NCBI GenBank assembly: GCA_038321985.1
Contig: JBBQFN010000014.1
Span: 71,287-135,286 of the forward strand
DNA length: 64,000 nt
Direction: 5' to 3'
DNA from: Cyanophyceae cyanobacterium
GTDB lineage: Bacteria > Cyanobacteriota > Cyanobacteriia > Cyanobacteriales > Laspinemataceae
Shown: one piece after another, positions 51,485 through 61,750 of the stretch
How the letters are laid out: every line of letters begins with the position of its first letter
Position numbering within the stretch: position 1 is the stretch's first letter
The notes under the pieces: model-generated
The model's database searches: none
Told to the model about the DNA's origin: nothing
The model's input: only the letters and a program-made list of their open reading frames with translations
Made by a program: the position numbers and the translations under genes

Positions 51485-54400
51485 ATGGCTGTCAATTTAA
51501 ATAACTATCAATTCCTGGAAACTCTGCACGCAGGAGCTAGAACAGTCATTTATCGAGCTCAAAACCAGGTAGATGGCTCCCGGGCGATCGTCAAAACCCT
51601 CAAATCTGAATATCCTAGTCTCGGTGACATCACCCGTTTACGCCACGAATATCAAATTTTAGAAAACCTCCACATCAACACCATTATCCAACCCCTCGGG
51701 TTAGAAACCTATAAAAACGGGTGGGCGCTTTTCCTAGAAGATATAGGCGCGATCGCTTTAAGTGAGTGGATGCTTACTCACTCACTTTCTATGGTTAAAT
51801 TTCTTGAAGTGGCGATTCCTCTCGTGGATGCTCTGAGCGAACTACACAACCATCACATTATTCATAAAGATATCAAGCCTCAAAATATTATTATCAATCC
51901 CCTCACCGAAACTATTCAACTCATTGATTTTAGCATCGCCTCCCGCCTAGAACGAGAAAATCCTACCCTCACTCATCCTGATTTACTAGAAGGAACCCTC
52001 GCCTATATGTCTCCGGAACAAACCGGCAGAATGAACCGCAGCGTAGACTACCGGAGTGATTTTTACTCCCTCGGTGTCACCTTCTATGAACTGTTAACAG
52101 GAACCTTACCTTTTATCAGTAACGACCCCTTAGAATTGGTCCATAGCCATCTTGCCAAAATCCCAATTTCCCCGCATCAAGTCAACCCAGAAATTCCCCA
52201 ACCGATTTCTGCGTTGATTATGAAATTGCTATCCAAAACCGCAGAAAACCGCTATCAAAGTACCGCCGGCTTACAATTTGATTTAGAAACCTGCTTAATA
52301 CAATTACAAACCACTGGAGAAATCACCCAGTTTATTCCAGGTCATGCAGATAAAGCTGGACAACTGACCATTCCTCAGAAGCTCTATGGACGCAATGCAG
52401 AAATTTACACCCTGCTCAACACTTTTGATCGGGTTGCCAATGGCAGCACTGAACTCATGCTTGTTTCCGGCTATTCCGGCATTGGTAAAACATTTTTAAT
52501 TGCGGAAGTTCACAAACCGATTGTTCGACAACGGGGTTATTTTATCGCCGGTAAATTTGACCAATTTAAACGAAATATTCCCTTTGCCTCCTTAATTCAA
52601 GCCTTTCAATCTTTGATTTTACAACTTCTAACCGAACGAAATTCTCAAATTCAAAGCTGGAAAAAAAGACTCCTTTCAGCATTGGGGAATAATGGACAGG
52701 TTATTATCGATGTGATTCCCGAAGTGGAATTAATTATCGGGAAACAGCCAACCGTTCCGGAATTGGGGGCGATGGAATCTCAGAACCGATTCAGTCGAGT
52801 CTTTAAACAATTTATTGGGGTATTTACCACGAAAGAACACCCGTTAGTTGTATTTTTAGATGACTTACAGTGGGCGGACTCGGCCTCGTTGAAGCTGATA
52901 GAATTACTAATGACGGATACAGAAAGTCAGTATCTTTTATTAATTGGAGCGTATCGAGATAACGAAGTTTCTCCAATTCATCCCACAGTGCAGACAATCG
53001 AACGGATTGAAGCAGCGGGGATGAGGGTCGATAATATTGTTCTCCAACCCTTACATCAAAATCATGTTGAAGAACTAATCGCCGATACTTTAAATGAAGG
53101 AATACAGTCAAAAATTCTGGCAGAACTTCTATTTAATAAAACCGGGGGAAATCCATTTTTCCTAACCCAACTTCTAAAAGCCTTATATCAGGAAGATTTG
53201 CTTTCCTATGACTTGTCGTTAGGGAACTGGCACTGGAATCTCACTCAAATTCAAGCCATTGGAATTACAGATTATAACGTCGTCGAGCTGATTGCAAGAA
53301 ATATCCGGAAATTATCTGAAGAAACCCAGGAAGTCTTAAAACTGGCAACTTGTATTGGCAGCACCTTTAACCTGGAGGTCCTGGCGATCGTTCGGGAGCA
53401 ATCTACTTCATTCGTTGCTGAACAATTGTGGTCGGCACTTCAGGAAGGGTTAATTTTACCCCTGAGTAATGAGTATAAAATTCCAATGGTCTTTACCCCG
53501 GAGGAATCAAAAGAGATTACCTTAGCTGATGTCAAGGTTGATTATAAGTTTTTACATGACCGGGTACAACAAGCAGCTTATTCTCTGATTCCCGATGAGC
53601 AGAAAAAACAGACTCACTTGAAAGTCGGGAAACTGCTGTTACAAAATACCACAGAGCAAGAACGCAAAGAAAATATATTTGCTTTAGTCAATCAGCTCAA
53701 CTATGGAATAGATTTGCTCCAGTCGGAGGCGGAAATCTATGAATTAGCCTCACTTAATCTCATTGCTGGACAGAAAGCCAAAGCAGCCACTGCTTATGAG
53801 TCGGCAGTCAAATATTTGAATGTTGGATTAGAACTGCTAAGAGAAGATAGCTGGAATCAACAATATCAGCTAACGTTTAACCTTCATTTAGAAGCGGCAG
53901 AATTAGAATTTATAACCACCAACTTTGAGCGATCGCAATACCTATCTGATATTCTTCTAATCCACGCCAAAACTCTCCTCGAAAAAGTTAAAGTCTATGA
54001 GCTAAAAATTCAATTTGATATTTCTAAAAATCAACTCCGGGCAGCGATCGACACGGGAACGAGTGTTTTAGAAATGTTCGGAGTCCAGTTGAAACAAACA
54101 CCCCATGAAGGACTGATGATTGACAATTTAGGGGACTTGCCCGTGATGACGGACCCGGATAAAATTGCCGCTATGGGAATATTAAATGCTATTTTGGCGG
54201 CGGCTTTTCTGGGACATACGGCAATGTTTCCTGTGATCATCTCTACCATGATCAGTTTAACCATTCAATATGGACAGTCGGCTCATGCTGCTTACGCCTA
54301 TACTTTTTACGGGGCACTGCTCTGTGGTGGATTCAACGATATTGATTCTGGATATCGATTTGGGAAACAGGGAATTTACTTGTTAGAAAAATTTGAAGCA

Positions 54401-57400
54401 AAATCCGTTCAAGCCAAAATCTTTACCGTATTTAACGCCTTAGTTCGACATTGGAAAGAGCCCCTTCTGGAAGGTCTCAAATGTTTTAGGATAGGCATTC
54501 AAAGTGGGCTAGAAGTGGGAGATATAGAATTTGCTTGTCATAACGCTGCCAATTATTGTAACTCTTCATTTCTAAGCGGTGAGTATTTAGAAAAACTTGA
54601 AGAAGAACAAGTAAAGTACAGGGACTTATCTCAAAAATTGAAGCAAGATTTTGATATTTGTCATATTAAAATTTACCACCAACTTGTTGAGTCACTCAAA
54701 GTAAAGCCCGTAGAGAAATTTTCCGTCAAGGCAACGATTTCGGAATTTAAAAAAATTCTTCCATATATGGAAGCGGTCCACAATGAAACTTTGTTATATC
54801 TTTATTATGTCTCAGAAATCATTTTATCTTACTTATTCAAGGATTATCGACAGAGCATAGGCAGTGAAAATCTAGCCTCAAAGTATGCCCAAGGGGGGCT
54901 AGGCACGATGTCTAGCGTTGCCCATAATTTCTACTATTCCCTAGCCCTTTTAGGCTTGTATCCTAACGCGCAACCCCATGAACAAGCAGCCTACCTGAGC
55001 AACATCACGGCAAATCAGGAAAAAATGGCAAATTGGGCTGCTCATTGTCCGGAAAATTTTCAGCATAAATATGAATTGGTTGAGGCAGAAAAAGCCAGGG
55101 TTTTAGGGCAAAAAGAACAGGCAACCGATTATTATGAGCAAGGAATTCGAGGAGCAAAAGAGCAAGGGTATATTCAGGACGAAGCATTAGGCAATGAACT
55201 TGCAGCGGAGTTTCATCTGTCCCTCGGGCGAGAGAAAATTGCTAAAACTTATCTGACGGATGCTTATTATGGTTATATCCGTTGGGGTGCAAAAGCTAAA
55301 GTTAAGGATTTAGAAGAACGCTATCCCGAATTACTGGATGCTGTGTTGAACCAATCTCCCCTGGTCCCCAGCAGTGAAACGATCGCCACCATCACTCATG
55401 AAACCCTCACCGGGACCAGCATGATAGACCCGAGTATTCTGGATATGGCATCGGTGATCAAAGCCTCCCAAGCGATTTCCGGGGAAATTCTGCTGCCCAA
55501 CTTACTGGAAAAGTTGATGAACATTTTAATCGAAAATGCTGGGGCAGAAAAAGGCGCTTTAATCCTATGCCAAGGGGGGGAATGGGTGATTGAAGCCCAG
55601 GGGAATCCAGAGGGTGTGCAGGTGATGCAATCTGTTCCGATTCATCAGAGTTCCGAGGTGGCGATCGCCGCTGTCGAATATGTAATCCGCACCCAAAAAG
55701 ATGTGATTCTCACTGATGCCAGTGCCGATGAAATTTTTAATAGCGATGGGTATATCCGCGATAAAAAACCCAAGTCTCTGCTGTGTTTACCCATCCTCTA
55801 CCAAGGAAAACTCAACGCCATTCTCTATTTAGAAAACAATCTAATTGCTGGAACTTTTACCCCGAGGCGGGTAGAAGTCTTGAAACTGTTATCTAGCCAA
55901 TCGGCGATCGCCCTGGAAAATGCCAGCCTTTACCATACCCTAGAACTGAAAGTCGAAGCCCGAACTGAAGAATTAAAAACCAAAAACGACCGCTTAGAAA
56001 TCGAAATTCAAGAACGACAACGGGCCGAAAAAGCCGCTGATGCTGCAAATCAGGCCAAGAGTCAATTCCTCGCCAGTATGAGTCATGAACTGCGAACCCC
56101 CCTTAACGGAATTTTAGGCTATGCCCAAATTCTCAACCGAGACAAAGCCCTCAGTCAAACTCAGAAAAGTGGGGTGAATATTATTCACAAGTGCGGCGAA
56201 CACTTACTCTCTCTCATTAACGATGTTTTAGATTTGTCGAAAATCGAAGCGGGAAAAATGGAATTGCAACCCAGCCCATTCCATTTGCCGGAGTTTTTAC
56301 AAAGTATTGTCGACATCTGCCGGGTTCGCGCCGAAAGTAAAGGGATTTCTCTGGTTTATGAACCCTCCTTTCACCTGCCTCTAGGGGTTTGTGCGGATGA
56401 GAAACGCTTACGCCAAGTGTTAATTAACTTAATCGGAAATGCGGTCAAATTTACTGAAACTGGCAGAGTCACCTTTAAAGTGGAAATTTTCCCCCCGGCG
56501 ACCTTAGACCCAGATCACCCTCTGATTATCTTGCGATTTCTAGTCCAGGATACGGGAATTGGGATTGAACCGGAACAAATCTCTACTATCTTTTTACCCT
56601 TTGAGCAAGTAAAAGGGACCGTTCGTCAAACCGAAGGGACGGGATTGGGACTCGCGATTAGTTCTCAATTAGTGGAGATGATGGGGAGTTCGATTCATGT
56701 GGAAAGTGTGGTGGGAAAGGGTAGCCAGTTTGGGTTTGAAATTGAGTTGCCTCTTTTGGAAAGCTATGAGGCCGAACAAAAAGAATCCCCCAAAATTATT
56801 CAAGGATTTGTGGGAAGACCTCGTAAAATTCTAGTCGTTGATGATCGATGGGAAAATCGGTCCGTATTAGTAAATTTACTCACTCCAATTGGGTTTGAAG
56901 TCCGGGAAGCAAGCGATGGGCAAGATTGCCTAAATCAAGTGCGGTCTTTTCAACCGGATTGCATCATCATTGATTTGGTTATGCCGGTGATGGATGGGTT
57001 TGAAGCAATGCGGCAGATTAGAAAAATGCCCGAGGTTAAGAATGTGGTTTCGATCGGGACCTCAGCCAGCATTTTTTCTTCCCAGGCACAGACTTGTCTG
57101 AAAATGGGTTGTAATGATTTTCTCCTCAAACCGATTCGAGATGAGCAACTTTTGAGTTGCTTAGGAACTCATTTAGATTTAGAATGGATATATGGGGAGC
57201 AAGCTGCGGATGGTCCTGAATCCAGTCTTAGGGATGCTCCTATTCCCCCCCAATCTAGTGAAGCGATCGCCCCCTCTGCTGAGGAACTAGCTATTCTATT
57301 TGATTTGGCGATGAAGGGCGAATTGGTCACGATTCAAGAACGGATGCAAGGCTTGAAAAATGGGGATCAGCGTTATGCACCGTTTGCAACTCAGGTGATT

Positions 57401-57472
57401 CACTTCGCTAAAACGTTTGCCGAAGAGGAATTACTGGCTTTTGTTCAAGGGTATATGGAGACAGGAAAATGA
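51485..57472 (+). CDS. Ser/Thr kinase - AAA ATPase - GAF - hybrid histidine kinase - REC (HstK-type)
   Basis: HKDIKPQN, YMSPEQTG, GYSGIGKT, LDDLQWAD, GAF (LYLENN), SHELRTPLN, GTGLGL, receiver domain. Confidence 0.93.
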   Translation: MAVNLNNYQFLETLHAGARTVIYRAQNQVDGSRAIVKTLKSEYPSLGDITRLRHEYQILENLHINTIIQPLGLETYKNGWALFLEDIGAIALSEWMLTHSLSMVKFLEVAIPLVDALSELHNHHIIHKDIKPQNIIINPLTETIQLIDFSIASRLERENPTLTHPDLLEGTLAYMSPEQTGRMNRSVDYRSDFYSLGVTFYELLTGTLPFISNDPLELVHSHLAKIPISPHQVNPEIPQPISALIMKLLSKTAENRYQSTAGLQFDLETCLIQLQTTGEITQFIPGHADKAGQLTIPQKLYGRNAEIYTLLNTFDRVANGSTELMLVSGYSGIGKTFLIAEVHKPIVRQRGYFIAGKFDQFKRNIPFASLIQAFQSLILQLLTERNSQIQSWKKRLLSALGNNGQVIIDVIPEVELIIGKQPTVPELGAMESQNRFSRVFKQFIGVFTTKEHPLVVFLDDLQWADSASLKLIELLMTDTESQYLLLIGAYRDNEVSPIHPTVQTIERIEAAGMRVDNIVLQPLHQNHVEELIADTLNEGIQSKILAELLFNKTGGNPFFLTQLLKALYQEDLLSYDLSLGNWHWNLTQIQAIGITDYNVVELIARNIRKLSEETQEVLKLATCIGSTFNLEVLAIVREQSTSFVAEQLWSALQEGLILPLSNEYKIPMVFTPEESKEITLADVKVDYKFLHDRVQQAAYSLIPDEQKKQTHLKVGKLLLQNTTEQERKENIFALVNQLNYGIDLLQSEAEIYELASLNLIAGQKAKAATAYESAVKYLNVGLELLREDSWNQQYQLTFNLHLEAAELEFITTNFERSQYLSDILLIHAKTLLEKVKVYELKIQFDISKNQLRAAIDTGTSVLEMFGVQLKQTPHEGLMIDNLGDLPVMTDPDKIAAMGILNAILAAAFLGHTAMFPVIISTMISLTIQYGQSAHAAYAYTFYGALLCGGFNDIDSGYRFGKQGIYLLEKFEAKSVQAKIFTVFNALVRHWKEPLLEGLKCFRIGIQSGLEVGDIEFACHNAANYCNSSFLSGEYLEKLEEEQVKYRDLSQKLKQDFDICHIKIYHQLVESLKVKPVEKFSVKATISEFKKILPYMEAVHNETLLYLYYVSEIILSYLFKDYRQSIGSENLASKYAQGGLGTMSSVAHNFYYSLALLGLYPNAQPHEQAAYLSNITANQEKMANWAAHCPENFQHKYELVEAEKARVLGQKEQATDYYEQGIRGAKEQGYIQDEALGNELAAEFHLSLGREKIAKTYLTDAYYGYIRWGAKAKVKDLEERYPELLDAVLNQSPLVPSSETIATITHETLTGTSMIDPSILDMASVIKASQAISGEILLPNLLEKLMNILIENAGAEKGALILCQGGEWVIEAQGNPEGVQVMQSVPIHQSSEVAIAAVEYVIRTQKDVILTDASADEIFNSDGYIRDKKPKSLLCLPILYQGKLNAILYLENNLIAGTFTPRRVEVLKLLSSQSAIALENASLYHTLELKVEARTEELKTKNDRLEIEIQERQRAEKAADAANQAKSQFLASMSHELRTPLNGILGYAQILNRDKALSQTQKSGVNIIHKCGEHLLSLINDVLDLSKIEAGKMELQPSPFHLPEFLQSIVDICRVRAESKGISLVYEPSFHLPLGVCADEKRLRQVLINLIGNAVKFTETGRVTFKVEIFPPATLDPDHPLIILRFLVQDTGIGIEPEQISTIFLPFEQVKGTVRQTEGTGLGLAISSQLVEMMGSSIHVESVVGKGSQFGFEIELPLLESYEAEQKESPKIIQGFVGRPRKILVVDDRWENRSVLVNLLTPIGFEVREASDGQDCLNQVRSFQPDCIIIDLVMPVMDGFEAMRQIRKMPEVKNVVSIGTSASIFSSQAQTCLKMGCNDFLLKPIRDEQLLSCLGTHLDLEWIYGEQAADGPESSLRDAPIPPQSSEAIAPSAEELAILFDLAMKGELVTIQERMQGLKNGDQRYAPFATQVIHFAKTFAEEELLAFVQGYMETGK

Positions 57473-58968
57473 GCGATCGCAAGTTAGAGTTAGGGACAAT
57501 TTTAATTGTCGATGATATGCCGACTAATCTAGGGTCGGTAGTCGAGTTTTTGAGCGAATCCGGGTTTAAAATCTGGGTGGCTCGTAGTGGAAAAAGTGCC
57601 TTAAAAAAAGTTGAATATTCTCAACCGGATTTAATCCTGCTGGATGTGCTGATGCCAGAAATGGATGGGTTTGAAACCTGTCAGCATTTAAAAGAAAATC
57701 CCGTCACCCGAGATGTTCCCGTAATTTTTATGACTGCCCTAGATGATACGGAAAATAAAGTCAAAGGGTTTAATGCCGGTGCCGTAGATTATATTACGAA
57801 ACCGATTCAACATGAAGAGGTATTAGCGCGGGTTAGGACTCATTTAAGTATCCGCCATCTCACGCAAAATCTGGAAGCGGAAATTGCCGAACGCGATCGC
57901 GCCCGGGGTCAACTTGAATTTCTCGCCCAAGAGTTAGAGCACCGAGTTGAACAACGGACTGAGGCATTATTAGAAACTAACAATCGTCTCAGCCAGGAAA
58001 TTAATGAACGCAAGCAAGCTGAGCTCGCTTTACAGGAATCAGAAAGCCGAGAGCGACAGAAAGCACTCCAGCTAGAACGTTCCCTGTTGCAACTCCAACA
58101 AATGCAAAGCCAGCTTATTCAAATTGAAAAAATGTCGGCTTTAGGGCAGTTGGTAGCGGGGGTGGCTCATGAAATTAACAATCCCGTTAATTTTATTTAT
58201 GGCAATCTCACATACGCCCATAATTATACTCAAGAACTGATTGAAATTGTTGATCTTTACCAGCAGCATTACCCCACCCCAGTTGTTGAGATAGAAGAAG
58301 CCATAGAATCGAGCGAATTACCCTTTCTCAAGGAAGATTTACCCAAGATTTTAGACTCCATGCAAGTGGGTGCTGAGCGCATCCGCGAGATTGTCTTATC
58401 CTTAAGGCATTTTTCTCGTCATGAGGGATTTGAAATGAAGCCCGTTAACCTACATCAAGGACTCGACAGTACCCTGATGATTTTAAATAACCGGCTGAAA
58501 GCCAAGTCGGATCGCCCTGAAATTGAAGTGATCCGCGAGTATGATACTCGCCTGCCGGATGTAGAATGTTATAGTGGGGAACTCAATCAAGTATTTATGA
58601 ACCTGATCGCCAATGCGATCGATGCTCTTGATGAGTGGAATGAAAGCAGAACACTTCCTGAAATGAAAGCTCATCCGACCCGAATTTGGATTCGGACTGA
58701 AATAACCGGAAAAAATCAGGTATCAATCAGCATTTCAGATAATGGTCCGGGAATGTCAGAAGCTGTTAGAGGCTGTATTTTTAATCCTTTTTTCACCACC
58801 AAACCCCCAGGAAAAGGAACCGGGATCGGACTCTCGATTACTTGGCAAATTGTGGTAGAAAAACATAAGGGAAATCTACGTTGCACATCATCGGTTAACC
58901 AAGGCACCATGTTTGAAGTCCAACTCCCCATTTCCCATCAAGCTGGGGTTTTGTCCCTGTCTGCTTAG
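57469..58968 (+). CDS. Receiver domain plus histidine kinase
   Basis: ILIVDD, LLDVLMP, AHEINNP, DNGPG, FFTTKP.GKGTGIGL; ATGA overlap with the upstream kinase. Confidence 0.92.
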   Translation: MSDRKLELGTILIVDDMPTNLGSVVEFLSESGFKIWVARSGKSALKKVEYSQPDLILLDVLMPEMDGFETCQHLKENPVTRDVPVIFMTALDDTENKVKGFNAGAVDYITKPIQHEEVLARVRTHLSIRHLTQNLEAEIAERDRARGQLEFLAQELEHRVEQRTEALLETNNRLSQEINERKQAELALQESESRERQKALQLERSLLQLQQMQSQLIQIEKMSALGQLVAGVAHEINNPVNFIYGNLTYAHNYTQELIEIVDLYQQHYPTPVVEIEEAIESSELPFLKEDLPKILDSMQVGAERIREIVLSLRHFSRHEGFEMKPVNLHQGLDSTLMILNNRLKAKSDRPEIEVIREYDTRLPDVECYSGELNQVFMNLIANAIDALDEWNESRTLPEMKAHPTRIWIRTEITGKNQVSISISDNGPGMSEAVRGCIFNPFFTTKPPGKGTGIGLSITWQIVVEKHKGNLRCTSSVNQGTMFEVQLPISHQAGVLSLSA

Positions 58969-58971
58969 GGT

Positions 58972-59010
58972 AGAAAAAGCCGCACCGAAGCGAGATCCGG
59001 TGCGGCTTTC
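58972..59010. terminator. Bidirectional intrinsic terminator
   Basis: AAAGCCGCACCG...CGGTGCGGCTTT between convergent genes. Confidence 0.75.
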
Positions 59011-59044
59011 TGGCTCAAAGCCCGCGCAGGGGGGCTAAATTTGC

Positions 59045-60346
59045 TTATTTCTTGGCGTAATAATCCCGTGTTCCCTTGGCACTGAGGGCTTCGCCGAGAC
59101 GATTTAACCCGTGGACATAAGCGGCAGTTCGCATGGAGATTGAGAATTCATCGGCAATCTGCCAAATTTTCTCGGTTTCTTTTCGCATTCTCTTCTGCAA
59201 GCGTTCCTCAACTTCTTCCAATTCCCAATACAAACCGCTGCGATTTTGTAGCCATTCAAAATAGCTGACGGTTACGCCTCCGGCATTGACTAAGATATCA
59301 GGAACGACATAAATACCTCGGTCTTCTAAGATGCGATCGGCCCCGGAGCTAATCGGTCCATTGGCGACTTCAAAGATATATTTGGCCTTGATATCTTGCA
59401 CGTTGGCTTCAGTGATTTGATTTTCTAAGGCCGCAGGAATCAGGAGATCAACCTCTAAAGCCAAGAGTTGCTCATTGCTGATAATTTCATGTTCGACAGT
59501 ATTACAAACGCTGCCTTTACAATAAACAGCTTGAATCCCTGAGTTGGATTGTTTGTAATGGAGGATGCTAGGAATATCTAATCCTTGTTTAGCATAAATT
59601 CCCCCTTGAGAATCGCTCACCGCAACTATTTTATATCCCGCTTTGGCGAGGAGTTCGGCGATAACGGAACCGGCATTACCAAATCCCTGAATGGCGACGG
59701 TGGTTTCATGGGGGAGCCGGTCAAATTTTCCCATGATGGCTTCAATCACATAATATGCGCCGGTTCCGGTGGCGGTATCCCGACCTAAACTACCGCCGAG
59801 GGTGACGGGTTTACCTGTAACAACGCCGGGGTTGAGGGAACGACGGATAATATTATATTGATCCATCATCCATCCCATGATGGTGGGGTTAGTATAAACG
59901 TCTGGTGCGGGAATATCGATATTGGGTCCGATAAAGTCGGCGATCGCATCAATATAACCCCGAGTCAATCGTTCTAATTCAAGTTTAGAAAGTTCTTTAG
60001 GATTAACGGTGACTCCCCCTTTTGCTCCTCCAAATGGAAGGTCAAGAACTGCACATTTAAAGGTCATCCAAAAGGCGAGGGATTTGACCTCATCCATACA
60101 AACATTCGGATGATAACGGACGCCTCCTTTTCCCGGACCGCGTGTATCGTCGTAGCGGACACGATAGCCTTGAAAAATGCGTAAGGACCCGTTATCCATT
60201 CGCACCGGGATGGAGACGTTTAAACTAGCTTTGGGATATTTTAGATATTCTAGGGCGTCTTCAGAAATCGAGACGTATTTCATGGCCCGTTCTAATCGTT
60301 TGCTGGCATCGGCAAATAGTGAATCGGACATTTTCGTTTGCTCCAT
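59045..60346 (-). CDS. gdhA: Glutamate dehydrogenase (Glu/Leu/Phe/Val dehydrogenase family)
   Basis: GPGKGGVRYHP, PFGGAKGG, DIPAPD, QGFGNAG, NAGGVTVSYFEW; start at 60346 or 60331. Confidence 0.92.
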   Translation of the reverse strand: MEQTKMSDSLFADASKRLERAMKYVSISEDALEYLKYPKASLNVSIPVRMDNGSLRIFQGYRVRYDDTRGPGKGGVRYHPNVCMDEVKSLAFWMTFKCAVLDLPFGGAKGGVTVNPKELSKLELERLTRGYIDAIADFIGPNIDIPAPDVYTNPTIMGWMMDQYNIIRRSLNPGVVTGKPVTLGGSLGRDTATGTGAYYVIEAIMGKFDRLPHETTVAIQGFGNAGSVIAELLAKAGYKIVAVSDSQGGIYAKQGLDIPSILHYKQSNSGIQAVYCKGSVCNTVEHEIISNEQLLALEVDLLIPAALENQITEANVQDIKAKYIFEVANGPISSGADRILEDRGIYVVPDILVNAGGVTVSYFEWLQNRSGLYWELEEVEERLQKRMRKETEKIWQIADEFSISMRTAAYVHGLNRLGEALSAKGTRDYYAKK

Positions 60347-60572
60347 TTTGGCGATCGCGTGGGTACGCAAACTCTGAATTACCCCTTGTTTTTACTCCTG
60401 CCGGGAATGTTAATCATCCGGCATGGGGCAACCCCGGCGGGTTTTTCCCCATCGAAATTGTTGATCGGATTTCGAGGCGCTATATAAGCATAAGAGATAG
60501 AATTATCCCAAATAAGTATTTTATGCTTATATTGTAAAAATCCAGGGGAGTTCGGTTTGTTATCAACGCGCT

Positions 60573-60592
60573 ACTGTAGTTTATTATACAGT
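60573..60592. promoter_or_regulatory. NtcA-type box upstream of gdhA
   Basis: ACTGTA-GTTTATTA-TACAGT, a perfect TGTA-N8-TACA. Confidence 0.65.
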
Positions 60593-60766
60593 TTTTAGGG
60601 GGATTTCAGGATAATTAAAAGCCGCGACTGTACCCAATTTAAGCAAGAATCCCTTGAGACCGATAGGGAACTCCTCGATCCCCGGAGTGATTGATGATAA
60701 AACTGCATTTAATCGGTAAGCCTAAAAATCACCCCCTCAGAGGGTAGGGAGTAGGTAACCATGCAG

Positions 60767-60864
60767 CATAAGAGTAAACTGAGCCGAACTGAATGGGATT
60801 TCAGGCAGATCTCCCCATAAGAGTAAACTGAGCCGAACTGAATGGGATTTCAGGCAGATCTCCC
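60767..60864. repeat. Perfect 49-bp tandem duplication
   Basis: CATAAGAGTAAACTGAGCCGAACTGAATGGGATTTCAGGCAGATCTCCC occurs twice in tandem. Confidence 0.95.
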
Positions 60865-61042
60865 CCTGAGCATTTAAACTAGGAGGAGGGGATGCAGCAA
60901 AACCCTAACGAGGCTTCGGTGCGATCTCCACCGACTTCGAGATTTGCGGCCAAGAAATATCTGCGATCGCCGCGAGCTCAAACTCTGCTAGATCGAGTGG
61001 ATGAGCCGAAACAACAAGATTCCCAGAGACTAAATTGCCAAG

Positions 61043-61648
61043 ATGATGATTCCACTCCTAGCGGCGCTATCGGCATCAGCAGCAGGGGGTCTTAGGATTG
61101 CCCTCCCGCTGCTGTTAATCGGTTTGTTAAATACTGACGAACTCTGGTCTCGCGTCCCCGTACTCTCTAGGATTTCACCCCAGGTCGCGATCGGAGTGCT
61201 CGTGAGTTGGTCCTTATTTGAACTGTTTGCTTCCAAACAACCCTGGGGACAGCGCCTACTCCAGAACGTCCAACTGGTATTTAGTCCGTTTGTAGGGGCC
61301 ATTATGGGGATGGCGATCGCCGAAGCTAGTTTTGGGGATGACACTGATGCGCCTACCTTTATCGTGGCAATTATTGGCGTCGTCGGCGGATTATTGGCCC
61401 TCGTCCTGCAACTGGTTCAAGTTGGCTGGTTCTATCGCCTCGGGAAATTACCCGTCTGGGCGATTATCGCTCAAGATGCCTTATGTATTTGCCTAGTTTT
61501 ATTCGCCTTCGATGCCCCCACCGAGGGCGGCATTATTGCCTTACTCCTGTTGTGGTTAGCGATTCGTTCCTCCCAGCAGTGGTATCGCTGGTATGTACAA
61601 CAAGATCGCGGGAAAAATCCTCGCCGAAATAAAACCGAACCCGATTAA
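61043..61648 (+). CDS. DUF4126-like membrane protein
   Basis: SAAGGLRIALPLL, ELFASK, multiple TM helices. Confidence 0.75.
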   Translation: MMIPLLAALSASAAGGLRIALPLLLIGLLNTDELWSRVPVLSRISPQVAIGVLVSWSLFELFASKQPWGQRLLQNVQLVFSPFVGAIMGMAIAEASFGDDTDAPTFIVAIIGVVGGLLALVLQLVQVGWFYRLGKLPVWAIIAQDALCICLVLFAFDAPTEGGIIALLLLWLAIRSSQQWYRWYVQQDRGKNPRRNKTEPD

Positions 61649-61750
61649 TTTTAGGCAAAGAAAAAGAGACACCGAATTTGGGAGTGTCCCCGATTTATTG
61701 ACTGCCCGGTGCTTCCAGTCCCTGAGGAATTCCTCACTATCCGGCAGGCA

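Noticed and set aside
60767..60864. Possible CRISPR array
   Set aside because: Only two directly adjacent copies, no spacer and no cas genes.
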